Virus record (IMG/VR): IMGVR_UViG_3300011409_000003
Location: 1-56,330 of that record
Strand: one strand, 5' to 3'
Source of the DNA: a virus
DNA length: 56,330 bases
Under the pieces are notes generated by a model, which saw only the letters and a list, made by a program, of their open reading frames with translations, was not told the DNA's origin and ran no database searches. Shown here one piece after another: positions 25,145 through 32,337 of the stretch. A program made the translations under genes and the position numbers. Numbering within the stretch: the first letter of the stretch is position 1; the number at the start of each line of letters is the position of its first letter.

Positions 25145-25620
25145 GCGTTCTTCCGGTAGAACAGGATCTTGAGGATGTGGACCGCTTCCTCGAGCGTCTG
25201 CACCGTGTAGCCGGCGATCTCGTCCAGCATCATGTGCGCATGAACATTGGACGGCTCGCGAACAACGATGACTGGCTTCCGGTGCGCGTCGGCCCAGCCC
25301 GCTTCAATCATTGTGCCGATGGAGACGCGCTCGGCGCCGAGGAGATTCATCAGGACCGCATCGCACGAAGAGATGTCCCAACGATCTCGGCAGATGACGC
25401 CCTTGGGGTGCGAGATCACGCTGAGGCGCGTATACGCCTCTTCGGACGTGCCGCCGATCGTGCCGATCGCTTTCAGATACTCTTTGCCGCGCATCGGGCT
25501 GACCCCGATGATGCCCGGCAGCAACTGCTCGCTGACGCTCTCGCGCCAATCCGTAGCACCCTCGTAGTTCAACCCAGTGATCGGGCCGGCGAGATAGATG
25601 CGGGGACGCGAACCTCTCAT
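25141..25620 (-). CDS. Nucleoside 2-deoxyribosyltransferase-like protein
   Basis: RIYLAGPITGLNYEGATDWRE N-terminus; 159 aa; ATGA-coupled. Confidence 0.55.
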   Translation of the reverse strand: MRGSRPRIYLAGPITGLNYEGATDWRESVSEQLLPGIIGVSPMRGKEYLKAIGTIGGTSEEAYTRLSVISHPKGVICRDRWDISSCDAVLMNLLGAERVSIGTMIEAGWADAHRKPVIVVREPSNVHAHMMLDEIAGYTVQTLEEAVHILKILFYRKNA

Positions 25621-25964
25621 TGTGTCTCCTGTGGCACGTAGAGGCCGGACTCTGTCTGCTGCATTCCGCGCGGCGCCGGTGGAGTGGGCACAGCAGCACC
25701 TGGGCGAGTGAGGACGGAAGGCTGGGTCGAAGGCTCGCGAACGGCGCGCGACGCCTCGGCGATCGCTGCGTTATAGAACTGCGCCGCCACGAGCTTGACC
25801 CGGGCGCCGCGGTGACCCGCGTTCTTCGCCTCGGCCAGGCAGCGCCGCTCAAGGGCATAGCGCTCGGCCTGCGTCTTGGGCGGCTCCGAAATCCGGACCG
25901 GGCAGCGGATCTCTTTCGGGGCGGTCTCACCGCGAGCGGCCCGGCGCCGTGCGGCGCGATTCAC
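25617..25964 (-). CDS. Hypothetical basic protein
   Basis: 115 aa; ATGA-coupled. Confidence 0.35.
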   Translation of the reverse strand: MNRAARRRAARGETAPKEIRCPVRISEPPKTQAERYALERRCLAEAKNAGHRGARVKLVAAQFYNAAIAEASRAVREPSTQPSVLTRPGAAVPTPPAPRGMQQTESGLYVPQETQ

Positions 25965-26134
25965 GCTGCCACCAGCGTAATGGAGTCAACCTCTTCAGGC
26001 TTGAGCCGTCGCCGCGCGCCCTGAATTTGCGCGACGTAGTAGGTCTTCTTCCCTTCGGGATCGTTCGCGGAGAGAACACCGACCGCGCGTTCCGCCATAC
26101 AGACTGTCCCGTTCGTGAACGTAATCGCGTACAT
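25961..26134 (-). CDS. Small hypothetical protein
   Basis: ATG 26134 overlaps the upstream TGA by 1 nt; MYAITFTNGTVCMAERAV... Confidence 0.35.
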   Translation of the reverse strand: MYAITFTNGTVCMAERAVGVLSANDPEGKKTYYVAQIQGARRRLKPEEVDSITLVAA

Positions 26135-26451
26135 CAGCGCACCACCCGGCGACCAACCTCGAGGACGAGTTCTGCCGCGACGTAGCCGAGCAGGCGGCCG
26201 CGCATGTCGCGCCACGGGCTGTGGCCCGGCGCGTTCCACGAGTGGCAGTCGATGAGCCCTTCGTATCCGAGATTGATCGTCTGGGCGAGCAAGAAGCGGG
26301 GGATGGGACGGCGCCAGCTGCGCGCGACCCAGGGGCCGCGGAGCGCGACATTCATCCCGGCGCCGGCAACGTATTCGTTACCGTGAAGCCACTGCGCCTG
26401 CGCAGGCGCGGCAAACAAGAGGGCGAACAAGCAGGCGAGCAACGACCTCAA
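26134..26451 (-). CDS. Secreted protein (lysis-region accessory; spanin-like role is speculative)
   Basis: Signal peptide MRSLLACLFALLFAAPAQA/QW; ATGA-coupled to the peptidase gene. Confidence 0.5.
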   Translation of the reverse strand: MRSLLACLFALLFAAPAQAQWLHGNEYVAGAGMNVALRGPWVARSWRRPIPRFLLAQTINLGYEGLIDCHSWNAPGHSPWRDMRGRLLGYVAAELVLEVGRRVVR

Positions 26452-26807
26452 TCAACGATCTCCCAATGCACGAGATCGTCAAAGGTCTGATCCGAGAAGT
26501 CGGTATCGCTGTCCCAGTCGCCGCCCCATCGCACCTTGATACCGAGCGCGAGGGCGCGCGCCTTCACGAAACCGGCGAAGAAGTAGAAGCGGCCAAGGGC
26601 GTGCCCGTACTCCGTCTTCGGCATCTGCGTATTGGGCAGGAGCGTCGGGTAGGGATACACGTCAGCGGCCTCAGACAGGGGACGCTTGGGGCCGACGACG
26701 TGTTTGGAATCGTAGGGGTCCAGCAGCTTCGAGTGCCCGCTCGCGATTGCGGCGAGTTCTTCGTCTACCGGCCGGGCGCCACAATCGACGTAACAATCGT
26801 GATCCAC
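26448..26807 (-). CDS. Peptidase M15-family cell-wall hydrolase (endolysin candidate)
   Basis: SKH...SEAADVYP ... DDLVHWEI resembles the H/D...DxxH zinc-site pattern of VanY/L-Ala-D-Glu peptidases. Confidence 0.55.
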   Translation of the reverse strand: MDHDCYVDCGARPVDEELAAIASGHSKLLDPYDSKHVVGPKRPLSEAADVYPYPTLLPNTQMPKTEYGHALGRFYFFAGFVKARALALGIKVRWGGDWDSDTDFSDQTFDDLVHWEIVD

Positions 26808-26990
26808 GACGACGTCCTCAAACAGCGTGACGAGGCGCGGGTCGCAGGTGGCGAGCCGGGAGAGCGAGCGGGCACTGAAGCGGGGCAGGGGCGTTACTCG
26901 CTAACGGCCGACGTGGTCGGCTGTGGGGTGGAACCGCATGCTACCTCGATTGTCTTGGGGAGTTCGGCCAGACACCGGCCTGCGTGTGCG

Positions 26991-27004
26991 GAGAGTATAC
27001 GCCC
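26991..27004 (-). promoter_or_regulatory. Copy of the recurring promoter-like motif (minus strand GGGCGTATACTCTC)
   Basis: In the 210-nt gap between the SLT and M15 genes, oriented toward M15. Confidence 0.55.
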
Positions 27005-27017
27005 GTTTACAGTGTGG

Positions 27018-27506
27018 TCATCGGGTGATTTGCACCAACTTCTCCAGGACGGACTCGACGTATTGATCACCGAGCATGTGCAGACGGGTCGAGCCGTGGT
27101 AACGACGCAGCGCCAAGTTCACCGTCTTGGTGCTGTCCTGATACAGGCGCAAAATACGGACACCGACGCAGGCGTTACGTCGTCGATTCTGCAGTGGCCC
27201 GCATCCGCACTCATCCTCAAAGCTGTGCCGCCACATCGGCATCACCTGCATCAGCCCAATCGCGCCCGCACGACTCAGCGCTGTCGAATCGCCGCCGAAG
27301 TTCTCCACGTGCGAGACGGCGAGGGCGAGCGGCACAGAGACTCCGGCCCGGCGCGCCTCCGCGGCGACGATCGAATCCCGCTGCGCATCGAGCGTGGGCG
27401 GCACGTAGCGCACTACCGTGCCGTCCCGCGGCACCGCTTGCTGAAGTCCCACCGCAAGTAGCGCCCCCAGCACGGGTGCGATAACAAAGAGGAGGCTCGG
27501 CTTCAC
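27018..27506 (-). CDS. Lytic transglycosylase (SLT domain) with N-terminal signal-anchor
   Basis: ALAVSHVENFGGDSTALSRAGAIGLMQVMP; N-terminus MKPSLLFVIAPVLGALLAVGL. Confidence 0.8.
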   Translation of the reverse strand: MKPSLLFVIAPVLGALLAVGLQQAVPRDGTVVRYVPPTLDAQRDSIVAAEARRAGVSVPLALAVSHVENFGGDSTALSRAGAIGLMQVMPMWRHSFEDECGCGPLQNRRRNACVGVRILRLYQDSTKTVNLALRRYHGSTRLHMLGDQYVESVLEKLVQITR

Positions 27507-27766
27507 GCAGACTTCGCGAGCGCTTCGGCTTCGGGCAAGAGTCCCATCAACTGCGTGCCGAACAGGACGGCGACGCCCTGCGCGTGATTCAGCGCGCGGC
27601 GGGCCGCGTCCAGCGAATCCTGCGCCAGGTGCAGGGTCTTCATCAGCTCCGCGTTACGCGCCGGGTCGCTGTTCCGCGCCGCCTGATCGATGCAGCGGGC
27701 CGTCTTCTCGAGCGCCTTCCGCATGTCCTTCATCGCGTCCTGCACCGCGTCTCGCGTCTTGAACAT
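27503..27766 (-). CDS. Hypothetical helical protein
   Basis: GAGGGA 9 nt before ATG 27766; 87 aa. Confidence 0.45.
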   Translation of the reverse strand: MFKTRDAVQDAMKDMRKALEKTARCIDQAARNSDPARNAELMKTLHLAQDSLDAARRALNHAQGVAVLFGTQLMGLLPEAEALAKSA

Positions 27767-28148
27767 TGTGGTCGTTCCCTCGTAGCGGGTAGCCGGCAGC
27801 TTTGGCGAGCTTGGTCATTACAGAGGTCAGCGTCTCGTGGCGGAGGACGAACCGCGCCGCGAGTTGGGTATCGATGTTATCGGGCGTGTGGCCGAGGACT
27901 TCACAAGCGGCATCCACCAGCTGCCGCGACTCCGTCAGCAGGTCGTCCTGCGCCGGCGAAATGCCATCAGCGGCCGCAGCGAGGAGCAGGAGGAGTTGAC
28001 GCGCGACGCGGATACGCTCCGACGCGTCCAGCTCCTCCAACGACGTCGTCACCGCCCATTCGACGTGCGAGGTCAGGATGGCAAGCCAGGCGTCACCGGG
28101 CAGGAAGGCGCCGACGATCCGACTCTCGAGCCGCGGCACAAGGTTCAC
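27654..28148 (-). CDS. Hypothetical protein (3' end overlaps the next gene by 113 nt)
   Basis: GTGA-coupled start at 28148; the C-terminal third looks like read-through in a stop-poor frame. Confidence 0.4.
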   Translation of the reverse strand: MNLVPRLESRIVGAFLPGDAWLAILTSHVEWAVTTSLEELDASERIRVARQLLLLLAAAADGISPAQDDLLTESRQLVDAACEVLGHTPDNIDTQLAARFVLRHETLTSVMTKLAKAAGYPLRGNDHNVQDARRGAGRDEGHAEGAREDGPLHRSGGAEQRPGA

Positions 28149-28270
28149 AGGAGCCAGAACGCGGCGACGATGAGGGTCCAGAGGATGCCGCCGAGTGCGA
28201 CCCCGAGCAGAATCCCTTGGAAGGCGCCGAGCGGATCCTCGCCGATTCGAATACCGGGACGCGAGCTCAT
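28145..28270 (-). CDS. Small single-pass membrane protein (41 aa), holin-like candidate
   Basis: Not in the ORF track (below its size cutoff). MSSRPGIRIGEDPLGAFQGILLGVALGGILWTLIVAAFWLL; ATGA and GTGA overlaps with both neighbours. Confidence 0.45.
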   Translation of the reverse strand: MSSRPGIRIGEDPLGAFQGILLGVALGGILWTLIVAAFWLL

Positions 28271-28470
28271 GGCACCGCCTTCGCGGCGAACCGCACCTCA
28301 GCGCCCTGTTGCCATCCCGACTCGCGAGTGATCGCTTGGATCAGATCCTCGAAATGCGGCTCACACAGCGCCAAACCGTGAACGACGAACGCCGCCGGAT
28401 CAGTGCAAGACTCCGCGTGCGTGCCGATGCGCTTCTCGCAGGCGAGTCCTTCGTGATAGCCATTGCTCAC
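28267..28470 (-). CDS. Hypothetical Cys-containing protein
   Basis: 67 aa; coupled start and stop. Confidence 0.35.
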   Translation of the reverse strand: MSNGYHEGLACEKRIGTHAESCTDPAAFVVHGLALCEPHFEDLIQAITRESGWQQGAEVRFAAKAVP

Positions 28471-28889
28471 GCCGCGTACTCCCGCACCTTGATTTCATCC
28501 GTGGTCTCGCCGCGCATCAGCGCGCCCATGAAGTCTGCGCGATGCTCCAACTCGTCTCCGGCGTCAGCCGTGTAGTCGACCAGCGTGTAGCCGTTCGGGT
28601 AGTGCGCCTTGTAGGCCGCGTGCTTCACCGAGGTCTGCAGGTCATGCCGTGCGAAGGCGCGTGAGCTCGAGACGTGCGAGGTCAGCCACGTCCCATCTTC
28701 CGCGAGCGCGTACCCATGAATCCAGGGCGCAGAGCCTTCGGCCACGAGAAAGATTTTAGGGAGAGGGGTCGCCGGAGACCCGCCAGTGCCCACCACCGAC
28801 TGGACAGGATCGACCACCGCGCCCGCGTTGAGCCGGGAGGCGTCGTTCGTCCCGACCGACACGACGGGTCCGTCGTATGTCGGGCTCAT
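28467..28889 (-). CDS. Hypothetical protein
   Basis: 140 aa; ATGA-coupled to the sigma factor gene. Confidence 0.4.
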   Translation of the reverse strand: MSPTYDGPVVSVGTNDASRLNAGAVVDPVQSVVGTGGSPATPLPKIFLVAEGSAPWIHGYALAEDGTWLTSHVSSSRAFARHDLQTSVKHAAYKAHYPNGYTLVDYTADAGDELEHRADFMGALMRGETTDEIKVREYAA

Positions 28890-29593
28890 GCCGCCGCCTT
28901 CGGCGCGAGGAGCGTCGACTTAAGCGAGGCGAGCGCGCGATCCAACAGACACTGTACCCGCTGCTTCGATACGCTCAGGACCGCGCCAATCTCCGCGAGA
29001 TCGTGGGGCGCCATCCCCGCGAGCCCGAACCGCATCCGCACCACCGTCGCTTCCCGTGCCGGCAGCGTGTCTACGAGACCAGCCAACCGTTCCGCATCGA
29101 TTCCGTCGAGGATGCCATCTTCGGGAGAATCGACGACGAAGGAGGCGCGATCGGACGGCGCACTGCGGTCAATCGCGATATACTGCTGCGCCTTGACCGA
29201 CTCCCGGCCGCGCTCGGATTCACCCTTCCGTGGCTCGCGAGGCAGGCGAATCGCGCCGCCGTGCCGCCGCACGTAGACCACGAGGTCGCGATGAATGCAG
29301 CGACGCGCATAGGCCGCGAAATGCACCGACTTGCTGGGATCGAAGCGCCGCGCGCCTTCGAGGAACGCGGCGGTCGCAACCGCCATCAGATCGTCGTACT
29401 CGAGGTCGCCCTGCTTGTAGCGCCGCGCCTGAATGGCGCAGAAGCGGAGGTTGCCGGCGACGATGCGACTCTCGAGCAGCGTCTTCTGCTCTTCAGTCGT
29501 GGCTTCTCGCAGCTGCCGCACGAGCGCGAGCGTCTGGTCGCGGCCGAGAGCGGGCGGATTGGGATCGCGACCGAGAGCGACGGGCATTTTCAT
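28886..29593 (-). CDS. Sigma-70 family RNA polymerase sigma factor
   Basis: Region 2: NLRFCAIQARRY...DDLMAVATAAFLEGARRFDPSKSVHFAAYARRCI. Region 4 HTH: ATVVRMRFGL...LAEIGAVLSVSKQRVQCLLDRAL. Confidence 0.85.
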   Translation of the reverse strand: MKMPVALGRDPNPPALGRDQTLALVRQLREATTEEQKTLLESRIVAGNLRFCAIQARRYKQGDLEYDDLMAVATAAFLEGARRFDPSKSVHFAAYARRCIHRDLVVYVRRHGGAIRLPREPRKGESERGRESVKAQQYIAIDRSAPSDRASFVVDSPEDGILDGIDAERLAGLVDTLPAREATVVRMRFGLAGMAPHDLAEIGAVLSVSKQRVQCLLDRALASLKSTLLAPKAAA

Positions 29594-29979
29594 GCGGCCA
29601 CCGCCGCGGTGAGCGCTTCAGCGGCTTGCTGATTCGGGAACCCGAGCGCGACCTGGCGGCAGCTCTTGCAGAGCGGCGCTCGAGCCGGGAATCGCCGCGC
29701 TTTGGGTCCGCTACGCGGGTGCGTGCGATCGACGTATTCCACCCCCGGTATCAGCGTCATCTTGAGCCGGGAGAAAATGCTCCGCATCCCGAAGGGCGTC
29801 TGGACTCGCTGCTTCCGTGGCCGCCCGCACCCCGAGCAGCCCTGCACGGACAGGATGTTACGGCGCTGCATCGGAGCGTCCCGCCTCGCCTCCGCCGCTG
29901 CCCGAACCGCGAGCGCCGCCTCGTTGAGCTCTTCGGTCGGCTCCTGCGAGCCGATCACTACCTCGGCCGCGGGGTTCAT
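29590..29979 (-). CDS. Zinc-ribbon protein translationally coupled to the sigma factor gene
   Basis: ATGA-coupled ATG at 29979; GCSGCG ... LCKSC; its stop overlaps the sigma start (ATGA). Confidence 0.45.
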   Translation of the reverse strand: MNPAAEVVIGSQEPTEELNEAALAVRAAAEARRDAPMQRRNILSVQGCSGCGRPRKQRVQTPFGMRSIFSRLKMTLIPGVEYVDRTHPRSGPKARRFPARAPLCKSCRQVALGFPNQQAAEALTAAVAA

Positions 29980-30788
29980 GACGCCTTCGTCGTGCTCGTC
30001 GGGGTGACGTTCGGAGCCGGGTCGCTCTGATTGGTATCCGGGAGGAACGTCGCACCGGCCGACGTGACAACGATGACGTACCACGTCTTGGCGAGGATGC
30101 CGTTCTCACCGACGTAGCCCACCAGGACGCGATCGCGGATACCATCGCTGTAGAGCCCGATGAGAATGCCGAGCTCGCCAGACTTCACGCGGTAGCGGGA
30201 CTGCGCGATGCCGCTCTTGGACGCGGACGCCTGCCCCTGATAGCCGGACGCGGACGCCTGCCCCTGATAGCCGGACGCGGACGCCTGCCCGCGAGTGCCG
30301 GACGCGGACGCCTGCCCGCGAGTGCCGGACGCGGACGCCTGCCCGTAATCGCCGGACGCGGACGCCTGCCCGCGAGTGCCGGACGCGGACGCCTGCCCGT
30401 AATCGCCGGACGCGGACGGTTGGCCAGCGACCATCTTTGAAGGATCAGCGCCGAGCTTCAGCAACAGATCGATCGCACCGCCGCGCTCGCCCACATAGAC
30501 GATCGACGCGCTCGGCACCTTGACCTTCTCGTTGTCGATGGTGACGACCTGCGCACGGCGTACACGAACGACGAGCCATTTCGCATCGGGCTCCCAATTC
30601 AACAGCTCGCCGGCACCCTCGCCCATCAGCAGGCCGTGCAGCCCATTACCACACTGTTTCTTCGGGCTCCAATCCGGAGCTTTGACGATGGCGCCCTTCT
30701 TGAGGGGCCACTTGAACCCGCCATAGGATTCCCCGTTCGGGTCACAGGTCCGTAGCAGATAGGTGTAGATGCTGCGACGCAAAGCCAT
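29976..30788 (-). CDS. Repeat protein: globular N-domain plus nonapeptide ASASG-x-x-GQ repeats
   Basis: N-domain with CGNGLHG; then ASASGDYGQ / ASASGTRGQ / ASASGYQGQ units encoded by the 27-bp tandem repeat. Confidence 0.6.
   Translation of the reverse strand: MALRRSIYTYLLRTCDPNGESYGGFKWPLKKGAIVKAPDWSPKKQCGNGLHGLLMGEGAGELLNWEPDAKWLVVRVRRAQVVTIDNEKVKVPSASIVYVGERGGAIDLLLKLGADPSKMVAGQPSASGDYGQASASGTRGQASASGDYGQASASGTRGQASASGTRGQASASGYQGQASASGYQGQASASKSGIAQSRYRVKSGELGILIGLYSDGIRDRVLVGYVGENGILAKTWYVIVVTSAGATFLPDTNQSDPAPNVTPTSTTKAS
30219..30425. repeat. 27-bp tandem repeat, about 7.5 copies, three unit variants (in-frame, coding)
   Basis: Units ggacgcggacgcctgccc + ctgatagcc / gcgagtgcc / gtaatcgcc in order A A B B C B C, plus a partial unit. 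Confidence 0.9.
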
Positions 30789-30790
30789 GA

Positions 30791-31195
30791 TCAGGACTCC
30801 CGAGCAGAAGAGGGCGCGCGGCGGGCCACGAGGTGAACCACGGCACGAACGAAGGCGGCGGGTAACCAGACGTTGTCAGGTGCGGCAAGAAAGAGCGGTG
30901 CGATCTGTTCGTCGGTGTAGCCAGCGAGGCCGCAGCCGACGCGCGTTACCTGGAAGGACAGCTGCGGCCGCTCCTTGGCGTAGGCCAGAAATCGGTCCAC
31001 ATGGAGAGTGATGTCAGAAAGCGGTAGGGGCCGAATCGACGCGTCGCAGGTCGGCAGCGCGTAACTGTTCCCGGTCAGGCCCTCACCAACACCCAACTGC
31101 GCGCCGTGATGCTTCGCGGCGAAGGCCGCCGCACCGGCGCCATGAATCCCGGCCCGATTGGACCCGAAGACGAAGATCATCGTCGTCCCGCTCAC
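30791..31195 (-). CDS. Conserved phage non-structural protein (A1S_2505-like family)
   Basis: IFVFGSNRAGIHGAGAAAFAAKHHGAQLGVGEGLTGNSYALPT ... FQVTRVGCGLAGY pattern. Confidence 0.5.
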   Translation of the reverse strand: MSGTTMIFVFGSNRAGIHGAGAAAFAAKHHGAQLGVGEGLTGNSYALPTCDASIRPLPLSDITLHVDRFLAYAKERPQLSFQVTRVGCGLAGYTDEQIAPLFLAAPDNVWLPAAFVRAVVHLVARRAPSSARES

Positions 31196-31386
31196 CGGTC
31201 GGTGCTCCGCCGCGTGCGAATCGAATGCTCGGCGCAGTAGTGCTCGAGCGCTTCGGTCAGCGCGTCATCGGTCACATAAAACGGATCGTTCGTATTGGTG
31301 GCGTTGCAGATGATTTGGGTCATCCGCATCGACGGAAACCGCTGCTTGGCGCGCGCCAGGGCGACCAATAACCGGAGCTCGTTCAC
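31192..31386 (-). CDS. Hypothetical protein
   Basis: 64 aa; coupled overlaps. Confidence 0.35.
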   Translation of the reverse strand: MNELRLLVALARAKQRFPSMRMTQIICNATNTNDPFYVTDDALTEALEHYCAEHSIRTRRSTDR

Positions 31387-31670
31387 GGCTTGGCCCGCTT
31401 CCGCGGCTTACCACGCTTTTGTGAGCGCTCTGGTTTGGGATCAGGAGCGCATCTGCTCGCGGGGACTACAGCGGGAGCCGTGGTCCGGAGCGCCGTCTCG
31501 GGGAGGCGCCGCCCCAACCGCTTCTCGTCGGGGGTGACACGACGAACCACGCGTCCGCCAAAGAACCGGGTCTGCACTTCAACGAAGAACTGGCAGAGCT
31601 GCGGCTGCAAACGGATCGGCACGCCGTTGCGCCAGCCGAGGATCCGATCAGAGATCTCGCGAGCGCTCAC
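31383..31670 (-). CDS. Hypothetical basic protein
   Basis: GTGA-coupled start; 95 aa; Lys/Arg-rich tail. Confidence 0.35.
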   Translation of the reverse strand: MSAREISDRILGWRNGVPIRLQPQLCQFFVEVQTRFFGGRVVRRVTPDEKRLGRRLPETALRTTAPAVVPASRCAPDPKPERSQKRGKPRKRAKP

Positions 31671-31804
31671 GGCAACACCCGTTCAGCGAGCCCGAAAGCA
31701 CCGGCCGCGGCATCAACAAAGACGTCAGCAATCAACTGCGCGACGAAGGCGGCGAAGATCAGCGCGACACCTGCGACGATCCGCAAAACGTGGCGCGGGT
31801 TCAT
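31667..31804 (-). CDS. Small membrane protein (45 aa)
   Basis: Not in the ORF track. MNPRHVLRIVAGVALIFAAFVAQLIADVFV...; ATGA and GTGA overlaps with both neighbours. Confidence 0.4.
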   Translation of the reverse strand: MNPRHVLRIVAGVALIFAAFVAQLIADVFVDAAAGAFGLAERVLP

Positions 31805-32091
31805 GCGGACACCGGTTGGCGGCGCCGGTACTCCCAAGCGCTGACGATGGCGTTGAGCTCATTGGGCGCGATCGGGAGTCCGCGGCATGCCCGACTGAAC
31901 GTCGGGAAGCTGACCGCTAACTCCGGACCGTCGTTGGGCTGAGCAATGGCCAGGTTCAACTGCCGGTAGGCATTCCACAGGGTCCCGAAGGCGTCCAAGA
32001 ACTGATCACGAAGCCCGGTCCCTAGCACGGCGGTGCGGGTCTTCGGTCGCCCGTTGGTGGTACTCGCGGATACCGCTTTGGGAGTATTCAT
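31801..32091 (-). CDS. Hypothetical protein, first gene of the long leftward operon
   Basis: ATG 32091 lies 9 nt downstream of the promoter-like motif (32101..32114). Confidence 0.45.
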   Translation of the reverse strand: MNTPKAVSASTTNGRPKTRTAVLGTGLRDQFLDAFGTLWNAYRQLNLAIAQPNDGPELAVSFPTFSRACRGLPIAPNELNAIVSAWEYRRRQPVSA

Positions 32092-32100
32092 CGTTCTGGG

Positions 32101-32127
32101 AAGACAATACGCCCGAGTGATACGCCC
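32101..32127 (-). promoter_or_regulatory. Two tandem copies of the promoter-like motif (minus strand GGGCGTATCACTC and GGGCGTATTGTCTT)
   Basis: Oriented toward ATG 32091; implies a very short leader. Confidence 0.5.
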
Positions 32128-32195
32128 GTCAACGGTTGTACGGTTTCAGGCCACGAGTTTTAGTCAGTAGGCCGACAGTTGGTTCGCGAGTCGTG

Positions 32196-32337
32196 GAGTC
32201 GTTCCCGTGGTGCGGGAATCGGTGGGAATTACGGCATTACACGTAGAAGATTTGAGTCATTCCCGCTATAAGTAGGAATGACTCATTCACTCGTGTCTAC
32301 GGGGTAGTCAAGAAAATGGGAACGACTGGAACGAGTG
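32196..32337. repeat. Iteron cluster GGAAYGASTS (five copies, both orientations)
   Basis: gagtcgttcc 32196, gagtcattcc 32254, ggaatgactc 32275 (10-bp inverted pair with an 11-nt spacer), ggaacgactg 32319, ggaacgagtg 32328; plus gggaat x2 at 32214 and 32224. Confidence 0.7.

Noticed and set aside
25425-25438. ggcgcgtatacgcc near-palindrome resembling the promoter-like motif
   Set aside because: It lies inside the deoxyribosyltransferase-like coding region, lacks the CTCTYC extension, and has no gene start downstream in either orientation.
27654-27766. 113-nt overlap between ORF 27654..28148 and ORF 27503..27766 as a programmed frameshift site
   Set aside because: The downstream gene has its own GAGGGA ribosome-binding site and ATG. 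The overlapping tail of the upstream ORF looks like read-through of a stop-poor frame, and no slippery sequence was seen.
30219-30425. Possible CRISPR array, because of the regularly spaced 27-bp repeats
   Set aside because: The units are directly tandem with no spacers and lie in frame inside a coding gene. No cas genes are present.
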